In this document: positions 38,561 through 51,618 of the stretch, piece after piece
How the letters are laid out: every line of letters starts with the position of its first letter
Position numbering within the stretch: position 1 is the first letter of the stretch
Assembly: GCA_002633005.1 (NCBI GenBank)
Contig: NMRA01000275.1
Span: 185,282-249,281 of the forward strand
Reading direction: 5' to 3'
DNA from: Phoronis australis
Lineage: Eukaryota > Animalia > Phoronida
Length of the DNA: 64,000 nucleotides
Notes under the pieces: generated by a model
The model's database searches: none
What the model was told of the DNA's origin: nothing
What the model saw: the letters and a program-made list of their open reading frames with translations, nothing else
Translations under genes and position numbers: made by a program

Positions 38561-39089
38561 CAATTATGATTGTCAGTTATGTATTGTAGTTGTCGGTTCC
38601 ACCATAGGCGTTTAACACCTCTTTGGAACCTAAAGACATGTCACCTATCATGTTAATGGGTTCATTCATGGTGGACAAAATGACTACGCTGCTCTTCAAC
38701 AGAGCCATGCCAAATTGAAAAGTGAATGCTTGCGGTCTGCTATTGAAACTAACGATAATATAAATTCTATATATACTATTAAGACTAACTAACATCGAAA
38801 AACTACTGTAGTATGAAGTAGGAAGCTTAAAAACAAACATATAAATTAATAAATTAATTGGTTGAATCATCCAATGATTAGATTAGGTGTTCCTGGATTT
38901 TGTTCACAAATTCTTTCAGAGTTTTTAAAAGTACGCTAGTAACTTGTCTCTGAATGCATCTGATGAGTCCAAGGTAGTAAACAGAAAACTGTTTCTAGTT
39001 CTTTAGTCAACATTGTGTCTGTTAATATGCAATATCCGTGTTTGAAAGACTAATAACGATGGTATTTCCCGTCATTTTTGCACGAGGAC

Positions 39090-39420
39090 GAGTGTACAAG
39101 ACTGATGAAACATGTGGTGTACTACACAAGTTAAATGGAACATTTCCTCAACATGTTTTCCTTTTGATTTATAAAGCTCTAACTTTACTACAATTCACTT
39201 ATGCTGTATGTAACATGCTGGGGTTTCCACAACTGCCGTGGACTACAAGTATTACAAAAACTTGCTGTTCGAAATATACCTCATCACACTTCCTATCTCA
39301 TACTGACCCGTTATTTCGGTCTCTGAATATTCTTCCCTAAAACGACATTTTTCATATTTCCTGTCAAAGATTTTTCTATAAGTCTCTTACCCCATATTTC
39401 TCAGGTTTTAATTATGATAT
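39090..39420 (+). mobile_element. CR1/L2-like LINE ORF2 C-terminal fragment
   Basis: LLIYKAL...FTY, LQKLAVR (other frame) and SHTDPLFRSLNILP, typical of the post-RT region of this group. Confidence 0.7.
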
Positions 39421-39557
39421 CAATCTTGATTCATCCAAACGTTAAAGAAATGTCCCCTCAAGTTACGCCGATTTTTGTGTAACACTTCCACCGCTCAACC
39501 CGTAATCACCAATACCACTCTCTCAAGCCAAGAGCCTCTGCAACTTTCTTCCAGAGC

Positions 39558-40813
39558 TTATTACTCTGCGCTTGTAAGCGCAGAGTACTGTTGTTCCTGG
39601 GTTTTCTTCAATTTTATTCTTATTCTTCTTATTCTTTTTCTTCTTCCGACCAACTTTGAGGCTTAATAAGTCCAAATTGGGTGCACGTACGGTCTTTAAA
39701 TTCAGCATATGACTTTTGACAGTATATAAATTTTGATTGGTTATATAATCATATTCCATATTGCAGCGGAAGAGGTCGTTTGGTGCAAAGGACATATAAT
39801 TTTCAAAATGCTACTCCTCATTCAGTTTTAAAGCTATCTTTTTCAAATTCGGTGCACAGGTATAAGTCAACATGACAAATTAAAAAATTACTTTTCTAAG
39901 TAATCGGGTCATCCAATCAGGTGAAATAGGTCAAAGGTCATTAGGTGCAAACTGAATTTTTGAGCTAGGCCCTTCAAATTGACTGGTCTGATTGCCACAG
40001 GTAAATCAAATCGGAATCCAAAGTTTCAGGTCATTTAGTGCAAACATGGGGTCATTAGGTGCATTTTTCTCCTGAAAATTTGACCTTTTCAATCGGCAAG
40101 TATTCTGATGTGTCAACCGTTAAACAACTGTGATTTTCAGCGTTAAACACATTTTCCGTGGGCTTTGCAATAATTCTCCTAAAGATGCTTAAAATGCACC
40201 GGATAAGGTCAATTAGTGCAAAGGTCATGTAACGTTCAAAATGTTATATCTCTTACGTTTTTCAAGGAATTCTTTTCAATTTCAGCACACTGGTGTAAGT
40301 CAACATGCCAATTGAATACCCTACTTTACTTCACAATAGGCCAAACCAATCAGAAAAAATAGGTCAAAGGTCATTGAGTGCAAACTAAAATTTTGAGCTA
40401 GAGACTTCAGAATTACGTATCTGTTTACTAAGTGCGATTGAGTTTGAATTCTAAATTTTCAGGTCATTTGGTGCACCCATGGGGTCATTAGGTGCATTTT
40501 TCTTCTGAAAATTTGACCACTTCATTCATCTTGTATTCTGAAGTGCTTAAAGTAAAACATCTGTGATTATTAGCATTAACCACACTTTTAATCGAGTTAA
40601 CAATTACTCCCTCATCGGGGCTCATAATGCACCGGAAGAGGTCAATTAGTGGAAAGGTCATCAAAAAATTAATATGTAATTTCTCCTACAATTTTAAAGA
40701 ATTCCTTTTCATATTGGTAAACGGGTTGCTGTCAGTAACTTCCCATAATAATTCCAGTAATACGCACGCGCAGAGTCCGTTATTGTCACGCCGTGACAAT
40801 AATCTTTCTAGTT
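39558..40813 (+). mobile_element. Helentron-associated element, family B, with ~433-bp internal tandem repeat
   Basis: 5' hairpin ACTCTGCGCTTGTAAGCGCAGAGT, then a (TTC/TTA)n microsatellite. Repeat anchors lie at 39769, 40202 and 40635. The 3' end has subterminal GCGCAGAGT, hairpin TTATTGTCACGCCGTGACAATAA and terminal CTAGTT. Confidence 0.8.
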
Positions 40814-43800
40814 AATTAATTGTCATTATTCAAAAAACATAATTGAAAAGATATTTACTCACTCCATTCACGCCTTCTCCTTAGCCACAAAAATTCACCT
40901 GCTACAAAACTATTCAGAAAAATGCTCAATATCAAACTGCAGAATCTGTGCATCTCAGCATCGCTTAAATTTAAAAATTTCAAGGTGTTGGAGATATTTG
41001 TCTTACCTATCACCCTCATTCTTGTTTCCCTGTGCTGTGTTATAAACTTCAATCATAAAACCATATAATTTTGCCTGCCCAGCCATTTATATTCTTTATT
41101 TTTAGTTCTTTTTTACTTTGTAAATGTGGTTATTTTTATTAGTATAATATAATGCATAAAGTATTCATTCGTTTTTTTTCCTTTGTTGAGCCAACCATGT
41201 TAAAGTTTAAGTTATATCATTCTTAATCTGTACCTTATTTTAGTTTCACCCATTACTGCACCAGTAGTTTGTATTGTAATCCCTAGGTATTTGTCCATGT
41301 ACATGTACACATTTTACATACATATACATGTATCACTTTGTTGATACTCAACACAAGTTAATGTATAGCTCATGTAGTGAGATAAATTGTTGACTAAACA
41401 CAGGTATAGGTGTTTTTCATCCAAGCAGCTCCCTTTTCCTTTTTTGATATTTCTAAAGTAATCAATGGGTATGTATAGTCTTAGTGAAACTGGAGTTTAG
41501 TTGTTTACCTTCGGCTACTTCAAGTCCCACTCTTGTCACTTTAAGTTGCACTTACAAAGTTGAAACAACTTGTGTAGATGCATGACTATGTGTATCTATC
41601 TTTCTAAGTATCTATCTATCTTTGCTCTCTAGTGCCTTGATGGTAATGTTTACATAACCTCACCTGGATATGTACACACATGCAACTGATATCTGACCCA
41701 GGGTATATGAGAGAATTTTGACTTTCAAAGTCTAAATTCAAGTTTACCGCTTTCACTGAAATGGTATCCGTTTGTCTGCCTTTGTATAAAAACAATACCA
41801 AAAACTTTGAATGAAAATAGACCAACTTCCAGAAAAATACAACTTCAAATGTGACAATCAAATCACTTTTAACTGGTACGCATACTTCTTTCTGTGTAGG
41901 CTGTGAAGCCATCCAGAAAATAAAACCAAGACGAGATTTTAGGGATAGTAATATGCTATTTGGTTTCATTTCATTTTGATTGATGTGATAATTGATATTC
42001 ATTTGCTTTAGGGATAGTTGAATAATAAAACTACCTGATCGTTGTAACCACTATAATTCCAAATCAAATATTTGTTATCAAGTGTATTTGATGTTTTAAA
42101 TGTATCAATCCTTTGATTACTCGGCCTTTTGTCATTCACCAGTGTGTCAATTTGTAATGCTATTATTATAGTGGGTGTTATGTTGCCCATCTTAGTTACT
42201 TATCAGTATTGGTTTTCAGTTTAATGTAAGCTATATTAAACCTGCCTATTTACTATGACTATTTCGTACTCATAGCACTGTATACAGAATGCACCAAAAG
42301 TATTACGTATTTCATGGACATCATTAAACTATCAGATATTTTAGGTGAAACTACTTCTGAATCTTGCTGCGTATTTATCACATCCCTCAATGCCGGTCTT
42401 GTATTGGATAAACCACGGTGTAAATTGTATGTGAACTTTTCTCTCAATCAGCTTTTCAACTAGCTTTTTGAACTGTAATTCACCCCAGGGATTTACCACT
42501 AGTAATTTGTCTACAGAATAGAATCATGTAAAGTTTAGATATATGTGTTTTGGCAATGACAGTGAAGATTTCATTAGATTTCACTTTCCAATCAGGTAAC
42601 CTTCAGTAACATAAAATTTATCACACAGTAACAATTGAATGTGCGATTGGCCAGCTCGACCTAGTTTCCAGTTATATTGGCTTTTCAAGCAGCAACATCA
42701 ACATCTTGAAGTAATCACTCGTCAATGTATACAACGAGAGGCAGAAGTCAGTGACATGCAACCAGTTGTGTGGCATTCCACAATAGTCCCTTCAAATTAT
42801 TTCTGTTGACACATGCAGACGGTTCCTGGGTCCGTTTCATAAAAGACACAAACTCGATGGTCTTACGCTCTCATTTCACTATTGCTGTATAAAGTTTTAG
42901 TCAAGTAATTATGAGCACATCAGTCTAAAACTAATTTACAAAAACTTTCTCAGCAACTAAGAGTGACAAGTATTTTGTCATAGGTGAGTTTCGACTATTT
43001 GTCCGAAATCCTTACGTGGGTCCAAAGGCCAAATTCTTTTCTCAAATCTTAACTCACTTCATGAAACATAATGCCAGACTCAACTTCTCACTTGTATATA
43101 TTTGCTTTTGAAATAAATGCATGTTGACACATGTGTGTGTAAGGGAAGAATTTAATTGTCTTCACGATAAGCCACAGCATAGCACGTGAATTCTGCGCGC
43201 ATTTATACCGAATTCCAGCATCATGCGGAGAAAGTGAACACAACCATTTGACGAGTCAGACAAGTGGACCACATAGGCCCGAAATACTAAGGGGATGGGG
43301 CTACAAATAAACCCACACGAGGGGTTGGGGACTTATTATGTGCTTGCAGTAGGTGATGGTGATGCTACATGTCGTCACACAATCTTATTGAAATTTTCTG
43401 ATGCACTGAGTGTGGTGCAAGAATCCACGGAGAGACAATACATGAGTGCACAAGTCAAGATGGGTGGGCTATTTTTAGGGCAAAATAAATATCCAGCTGT
43501 AATGAGTTTCGTGAAGACTGCAGCCGTGTAAGCTGTGAACGAGTGTAGAGGGTCACGTTTGTTCGTCTTAACCTTAGGCCACAAAAGTGGTCTAAATCTT
43601 TACTAACCATGGTTAAGTCGTTGATGGGACATGATTTGCAGTAATAAATTGGACAACGTAAATGTAATGCCAGATGAGTTAAAGGAGTTTGTTTGTATGA
43701 CGAATACGAGAAAATGCGGAGTTTGTCGGAACTCAGTGGTATAAAATGCCCAAACAACGGATTACTCGACAGCTACACAAACAACGTCACCTGTACATGC

Positions 43801-44270
43801 AGATCTAGATGATAATATTTTTATTAGCCCGGTGCACCATCACAGTACCATATGTTACCATAGCTACATGTACCAAAGGCTGAGCAAAGAGTGAGGTAAG
43901 CGTGAGGGAAGCGTGAGGGAGGCGTTAATCAAACCGGAGGTAAGCGTGAGAGCTAACCGGAGAGTAGGCGTGAGATGACCGTGACCGATTTCTCTCATGC
44001 CTGCGTTCCGGTAACACTCCAGCCTGGCCAGGCGTGAGGTAGACCAGAGGAAATCTAATAATTCAGTGGCTTTACTGTATGTCATTTTTGAACATCTAAA
44101 CACTCAACAACTAAACCTGCACTAATTAAGTGTTTGGTGTAAAATGCACCAAACTGTACCTAAAATATAATCACTACCATTTCATACTGTATATTATTAA
44201 ATGAAAAAATTCCTCTCATTCTGCATAACTGTGCATGCTTCAGTAAGTCATAACAAAATTTCAGTAATAC

Positions 44271-44421
44271 CTTACAAGTCTGATCCAGGGATACACTGAA
44301 AACTCTTGCCATTGCATTACCGCATCCAACCAACACGTCAGTGACAGGCAGGGAGTGCTTTGACCAGGAATACTTGGGCTCTACATGTGTTTGTTGTCTG
44401 TCTATACTTGAAGTTACAACA
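44271..44421 (-). CDS. WDR18: WDR18 coding exon
   Basis: ttttttag|T GTT...AAG|gtatta, 151 nt; [50 protein letters not shown], similar to human WSHHALPITDL...ARVATSSLDQTVK. Confidence 0.93.
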
Positions 44422-45754
44422 CTAAAAAAGAGCAAGGCAGAGCACTGATATGCGCCCAATGCGTGCATCACATGGTAAACAATAACAGGAGCTCAGGAAC
44501 TGAAGTGAGGAACACTCTGGTGAACCTTCAAATGGAGTCAACAGAATGCTAGTCATAAAAAGGTGGTAAATTCAATCGTGGTAGATATTGTCGCAAGGAG
44601 TACTCAAATTATCATTCAACGGCACTGCAGCAGTTGAATCCATCCAATATCAAAAACGGATATGCTCACCATGATCGAAACTCATCTGCCATGTTTCATG
44701 CAGACAGAAAGTCGGATACCAAAAGTGAACAATACACTTAGTCTAATGAAGGGGAACAGAACACGTGTTGGAATTGCCCAAAAATGAAGAAGGTCCTTCA
44801 TCAAACTGGTAAATGATAATTAGATCTGCAACTAGGTTACAAAGATCTGTCAGACAGCCCAAATATCAATGTTAGTCAGGTCAATAGAAGCATGTGCATA
44901 AAATTTTGCACTAATTCTGTAAACCATTTTACAGCTCTAGAAAGGCCAATGTCAAAATACAAAAATTACGACAGCAAGCCAGAACCAGGCAAAAATGGGC
45001 AGGTGCTGTTTCCTTTTTTCTTAAAAACACATCCACGAAGTTCCACAAAGACCCGCAAAAAGGTAAAATTACCACAAGAGGGCACAGCAGAAGTCAGTGC
45101 CATCTAAAAGTTAACGCAAGATGTGTTCTCGTTTGCAAAAACACAGAGGTACCAAATTCCATAACAAATCCTTTTATTTGGTAAAAATGACGTGTCAAGA
45201 CCAGATAACATGAGACTATGTAAAAGCTGGTAAAAAGCACTTTAAAATCTGGTAAAAATATTTATTAAACATAATAGACAAATGGATTCCATGAGCCACT
45301 ACCTCTGTCTATTCCCATTTCCTCTACCTAATTTTCACTTTCTCCCATCCCTCCCTTCTATAGTTTTGAAGAGGTTGGTACAAGAAGGCCTTCAGCACTA
45401 TTTGTCTTCATATCTGATGAATTGCCGTTCTTATTAGACTCGAAAGCTAGAGTCTATTTCACTAGACTTTAAAAACTGAATTTTACCAGCTTCTGCACTG
45501 CCTCTTTATTTGGTAGTAATTGAAGCAGAAAAATAAATTAAATTAAAAAGCAAAAATTGTTTCTGGTCTGTTTTTTTTTTGAAAATCATTCCAATTTACT
45601 TCTCTTTAATAGCTTCAGAAAGACACAATTTCGTGAAAAAATTAAGAACTATGCCTGAGTTTGTAATTCCTTATAATTTTTCTAACTGATTTTGTAAATC
45701 TCCTCTAACTCAGTGAATCCAACTGTGGAACGTCATTCCTTGTCACCTGAAAAT

Positions 45755-48220
45755 TGCACAAAGTTTTCAATTGCTTAAACTTGCTGTCAAAAGATTTCTT
45801 TCATCTGCGTTTCATAGTATTACATTCACACTGACTATTTGTACAACAACTATTACCAGAAGCAAACAAACAGTTCTTAATTAATTACGAGCCGGTCTAT
45901 TCCTAAATTCTCAAAAATTTCAACATAATTTTCTAGACGTATCAAATGTTTGCAAATGTGGCTGCTTGAATAGTGTTAATAATTTGTCCTCAAATATCCC
46001 GTCAATCAAATAGATAGTGACTATCTCTTCCACGCCCTTGATTCAAATATTGATGTCACCTCCATTTACCACAGCTTACCAAATAATCAACATGCTTCAG
46101 TTTTGTTTTATGATTCACCTCTGCTTAACTAGTAGATTCAAATAATTTCATTCATAATAGCAAACTCAAATTTTAATCACTTGATAGCATTTCTGTGTTT
46201 TTATTTTATGTGTGCTTGTCTGTGGTTTTTGCAACTAGATTTTAATCATCCTTTTCATATCTAGTGTTATAATTGTGAATCTGGCTGCATATAATGTTAT
46301 CGATTTGCGTGCAGTAATTGTATTACTTTTTGTTTAATGTCTTACTAAAGAAGAAATTAACAGTCAAAAGAAATAGGCCAAATTTGTCAAATTCCATAAT
46401 TCTTCTAATAGTTTGGTACAGGGAAAAGCAGAAGCAAAAATTGACCCCAAACTTACAAAAGTGATGCCAGAGAACATTTCAGAGACATGCAAAGAAAGGA
46501 AAGTGTTGTATTCATGAAGTTCCACGAAGGGACTTGGTAGTTGCGAGGTAATTGTCAAAAGGTAAAATTGCCACAAGGTGTCAAGACAATCAGATTAGTC
46601 CAAAAGTCAAAGTAAGCCATACACTCATTACCAGGACCACACCTAGTACATAATTCCAAGATGATCTTTCAAAAACTTGTTAGATATTTAAAAATCAGAA
46701 GAAACTCAAGCTTGTTTGTCTGTTTCTATTTTGTTTATTCTGGTGCAACTGGATCTTTGAATATACCTCTCACACTGGTATACCCTAATGTAATGATTTG
46801 CATTTTGGTAGTTCGATTTGAAACTTCTAGAAAAATAAATGAATTTTAAAAATAACACTGCCTTTTTAAAGACTGAAACCTACATTCGGGGAAAGGAAGC
46901 CTTATACAAGTAGGCATCCACTGACTACTGAAACATAATTTGGTGTCCTCATCATCTAAATTCAAGAACTTCTTAAAGACTATGTCAGCAAGTGCTTGTT
47001 GAGTGAATCAATAACTGTACAATACATTAGCAAGATACATGCACAGATTAACCACCTAGTTGCACAGTGTAACTGACTCTGACAACAAACTTGTACCATT
47101 CACAACTTAAAGTCACATACAGTAAAATCTCACCTAGTTTGGACAAATTTTTTGACAAAATTGGCATTTTCTCAATTTTCATCTGCTTCCTCCATTGTTG
47201 TGAATGTCAGCAATGTCCTAAAATATTGTCTGATGGCAGCTATAGTATACATAGTACCTATAAAAACATTTGTTCTATCTATTTACCTTTTATGAAAAAT
47301 GACAAAACAAGAAATCACTCGCCTGTCATATTGTGTCCTAAATTGGTGAGATTTTACCACAATGAACTTTTGTCCACTTTGGCACAACACTAGCCCAACA
47401 ATTTAACATTTTACAATTTACTCACAGTAATACTAGATTGTTTAAGCACAAGACTACCTGTGTAGGTTCCAAACCATAATGAGATTATCGTCTCCTGCTG
47501 AGATGAAGTAACTGCCATCTTGTGTCGTCTTCACGCATGTGACATTCTGATAGTGTCTGGACAGAACAGCCAATAAGTTACCAGTAGCGACCTAAGGCAA
47601 AACACATACTTTGCACAGCATGGCAACTTGATGTTAAAAAGCAAACTGATGATCAATAGCGCTGTCAGAGATATCATAGAGAAAATGCAGTACAGAAAAT
47701 TTGATAATTATATGCCAGAACACAATTGTAGTGTCCATAGCTTACAATAAACATCTCTATGAATGAAATGTTTGTAACTGAGTATGTAGATGGCAACCAT
47801 TTGCATTCCTCAACAACTTGACTTACACTGAAATTGAAATAGATTTCAATGCAAAACTTTTCATGGCCTTTCTGATATCAAGAAGTTGAAATAACAACAA
47901 AGGGATACTCCACTAAAACTTAATCTGCTCTGACAAGGTCTATCACCTTCCGTGGAGAAACTATTGAACAATCCATCAGGACACATCAGATTTTTATGTA
48001 CATGCTACTCATGTTGCTTTTTTATTCTTGCACAAAGTTTTTGATTGCTCAAACATGATGTCAAAAGATGTCTGTCCTTTGAGTTTCATACATTCACACA
48101 TCAACTACTTGTATAACTACCAGAAGCAAAGAAACAGACAGTTCTTAATCAATTATGAGACGGTCTATTCCTAAATTCTCAAAAATTTAAACATAATTTT
48201 CTAGACATATCAAATGTTTG
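45755..48220. repeat. Two ~195-bp direct repeat copies (45755-45952 and 48029-48220)
   Basis: Shared TTGCACAAAGTTTT...GGTCTATTCCTAAATTCTCAAAAATTT.AACATAATTTTCTAGAC.TATCAAATGTTTG. Confidence 0.8.
47458..47591 (-). CDS. WDR18: WDR18 coding exon
   Basis: ttag|GTC...CAC AG|gtagt, 134 nt; VATGNLLAVLSRHYQNVTCVKTTQDGSYFISAGDDNLIMVWNLH, similar to human VSTGNLLVILSRHYQDVSCL. Not in the ORF track. Confidence 0.95.
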
Positions 48221-48995
48221 TTAGAGTCACAGAGACTCAAAGTTAACGTAAACATCCCAAACACAAAAACATCTGAATTAGTTATTCAAAAACTTATTTC
48301 GTTGAACAATTGTCTGACTCAGAATTTGGCAGCTTGCCCACATGCACCTCTGCAACGCGTAACAGCTTGCACACGAGAAGTTTTGCACACTTGCCACGTG
48401 ACAATTGATAGTCGAACTGCAATCTGAACAGTGCACTGCATGGATACGTCAGTGCACTACAGTCCAATCAGCTCTCACAACAACGGTTACATACTCCTTT
48501 ATTTTGCGAATGTGTTCATCAAAAATTAATCTGAGGGCAATGGAACCTTTGTAGGCGAATTCTGACGTACTTAATAGGTATTTTGATCGTCATTTGGTGA
48601 CACGCTGGAATAACTTATCGCCATTTCTGCATATGCTGTCGCCATTGGTGACGAAAAACGAGACTTTTTGAGCATTGCATAAATAAATCGAAAAACTGAA
48701 AGGCACAATTGTTACTTTCAGTGAATACCAATTTGCCAAATTTCATGAAAATCCATCAAGGAATTCAGAAATTAATACATAGGCAAATGTAAAAAACTAT
48801 TTAAATCAGTTTGAACATTCGCTCATGTAATCTCATCCATGGATAAGAATACGTGGTATATTAGATGGTGCACTAGATGTGCCCTGATGACAAGGCTGAA
48901 TCCCCTGTACAAAACACCTGTTGGAAACTTTTCATTTGAGTAGCTAACTAGTTCGTGACTGGCAATCACTATGAGCAGACAAGAAAGTAACTGAC

Positions 48996-49106
48996 CTGCC
49001 ACACATGAATCTTTTCTGCCACTGCAGCTATGCAAAATGCGGTATCTGGAGTAAAGGTCAAGGCTGTAACCTGTCCAGGGCAGACCATACGAGAGTGCAT
49101 CTGTTC
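48996..49106 (-). CDS. WDR18: WDR18 coding exon
   Basis: ttcag|GAA...CAG|gtcagt, 111 nt; EQMHSRMVCPGQVTALTFTPDTAFCIAAVAEKIHVWQ. Confidence 0.93.
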
Positions 49107-49443
49107 CTGAATAAAACACAAAGCAGTCAAATGAATTTAGATGGAGATTCATACAATCCCCCAATCCCTTATACATCAATAAGAAATTTATTTGACAGAG
49201 ATGTACTACATGCCAAAGAAATGAGACAAAATGACCCAGAATTCCCCATCACAACAGCTGAGCGCAAGCAGAATTCACCATCAGAGTATTACACATTTGA
49301 TCATTTCTCGCATGAATGAGCATAACTCAGGAAGAAATATTCATAATAATGTACATGTCTTCATAGTCCAAATACAAAGTGTAGCATTAGCGTAGTACTG
49401 ATCTACTAGACAACACCACACAAACAAGTAAACACCCAATTTC

Positions 49444-49530
49444 CAGAATCTCCCTCACCATGGTGCAGAATCTCCCTCACCCTAGTGCAGAATCTCTGTC
49501 ACCATAGTGCAGAATCTCCCTCACCATAGT
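49444..49530. repeat. Minisatellite, 22-bp unit CAGAATCTCCCTCACCATAGTG, ~4 copies
   Basis: Directly visible. Confidence 0.85.
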
Positions 49531-50220
49531 CTACTTTTCCACACATATAACGCTGCATGCATGTAGAAAAAGGTTTTTGACATAGATTTTCAATGGCTGC
49601 TTGATTCACTCCGCCAATTCAGCGGGGTCAGCCTCCTAGAAACTCTTGATTGGTTTGTAAGCTGGAAGTCATTATCGCGAAGCAATCAGTAACAGCTGGC
49701 TGACCCGACTGAAGAAATGGCAGAGACAATCAAGTGCAGCCACAGGCATTAGTGCATATGTTATGGCTTAACACTGTAAAATGGTAAAAAAGCAGGAAGT
49801 GCATAAAAACAACAGCGGTTGACATGTATGTTTCACAGACCATGTACTGTGCCTCTCATTCATGGTACTGACATCTGACAATTCAGAAACGCATAAAACG
49901 GACATCTTGGGTGGTCTAACATACACTATCACAGATAATTTTCATGATATGAAGGAACGACAGTCTGCAATTGTGAGAATTCTAGACATGTTTCTAAATA
50001 TGTTCACCTGGGTTTCTGAGTGCTAATGGTTGGCGAATCATTGTAAAACCCCGCAAAATGACATCACAGACACATCAATTTCAAAACTTTCTGTGATAAA
50101 TATTTTTTCACTTTCCAGGGTTTATAATATCATCAACAACTCTGTACACATATCACTTTCCCTAGAACCAATGATGAACAAGAATCAAGCCTTTACTTCA
50201 TATTTAGATAATTAACATAC

Positions 50221-50412
50221 TCTTTTGTTCAAAGTCCAGAACTGCAGAACGGGCTTTAATGCTTGTGCAGACACAAGATAATCCGAGGAGAGCACATTGA
50301 GACTTCTGGGGGCAGCACTGGCTCCTTTGAACGTAATCATGCTTGATCCTGATTGCATGTTCCAAACACATGCACTCCATACCTGACCGGTCTGTTCTGT
50401 TGATATTAGTAC
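50221..50412 (-). CDS. WDR18: WDR18 coding exon (N-terminal)
   Basis: ttctatag|GTA CTA...AGA|gtatgt, 192 nt; VLISTEQTGQVWSACVWNMQSGSSMITFKGASAAPRSLNVLSSDYLVSAQALKPVLQFWTLNKR. Confidence 0.92.
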
Positions 50413-51465
50413 CTATAGAAAGATTAGAAAACAAGTTAAAGTATAGACCCAATTCACACCGACAGGAGGCGCGTTCCAAAATGAGACTCGCTATTATGAT
50501 AGCTCTGTTGGCTTATCGGCATACTAGCAAAAATACGGACACTCAACTGTCTGTTTTACAATCCCTAAGGACGTTGAGATTTGAAAGCGTTGGGTCGTTG
50601 TTATATGTCACGACAAAAGAAATATGCCTCTGTAAAATTTATTTTTTCAAAAAGTTAGATTATATTTTGTCGCATCTCGGTAGCCGAGTATCATAGCAAT
50701 TTAACGACCGGGGAATCTTAGGCCAGTCAGGCTGTGTTTTCATGACTGCGGGTTTAAAGATAATGAATTTTTCTTTCCAAAAAGGTCAATTTTGGGGCCA
50801 AATATAGGCCCTATTCCCCTCTCACAAAAATATTGAAAATCTCCCGAAATTCCACAAGGCCCTAAAAATTTCCCTAGTGAATAAAAAGTTCTCTCCTGCG
50901 AAGTTCAAATCACCTGCAACCAAATAGGTGACAATTTGAAAGAGCACAAAATGCTACTTGAGACAGAGCCTATGAGAGCTTGCAACAGGGTGGGGGTGCT
51001 ATTGATAATGATCGGGCAGTACATTTTTCCCCTCACTCGTCGAAAAAATTCCCCTCTCAGTCAGAAGGCACAGGCACCTTTCCCCTTGGATGAACAAGGT
51101 CCCTAAGGAAACATGATAACTATGCTTGCTCTGTCCAGTTAACTGAAATTGAGCTCTAAAACGAGGTTAAGCTTTGGACGAACGAATTAGGTGTTTTAAT
51201 TTTAAAATTCAACTAGGTCCAGATTGATATTTGAAATCTAACACATGAAATAGATGTAAGAATTATTAAAATCAAGAGAGCTGATGGTCAAATAATTACT
51301 TGTGAATATATGCAAGGGAGTGAATGAGAACCTGGATATAATGCCAAAGCAATTTCTGGAGCTGTGCTAGTTTTTAATTTTTTTTTCGAAATTTAAAAAA
51401 TGGACAAATAATTTTTATTTTCAATTACGAGCCAGATCAATGACAAATCAACTGTTAGTCCGTAC

Positions 51466-51618
51466 CTCACCAGAACTGATGTTAATATTCTTGATCAACA
51501 AATTAAGCCAGATGTGACTACTTGCACATGACAGCAAAATGTGATAAGCGACCACTGTCGAATTTATCTTCAATTCGTCAACAATACAAGCAGATGACCT
51601 GGCTCGTGTAGAAAGCAT
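51466..51618 (-). CDS. WDR18: Candidate WDR18 first coding exon (start uncertain)
   Basis: Phase-0 donor GGTGAG|gtacgg gives ...SSGE|VLIST, matching the conserved EV. In-frame ATGs lie at 51618 (AAAAATG) and 51657. Confidence 0.45.

Larger units (their letters stand above)
36727..44077. mobile_element. Pair of Tc1/mariner-like TIR ends with GCGTGAG-rich subterminal blocks (36727-~36930 and ~43875-44077)
   Basis: ta|CAGTACAGCCACTGAATTATTAGA and TCTAATAATTCAGTGGCTTTACTG|ta are inverted repeats (23/24 match), each flanked by TA. Confidence 0.6.

Noticed and set aside
38955-39000. CTGATGAGTCC...AAAC as a hammerhead ribozyme
   Set aside because: There is no GGAC-GAAA partner for stem II and no stem I/III pairing.
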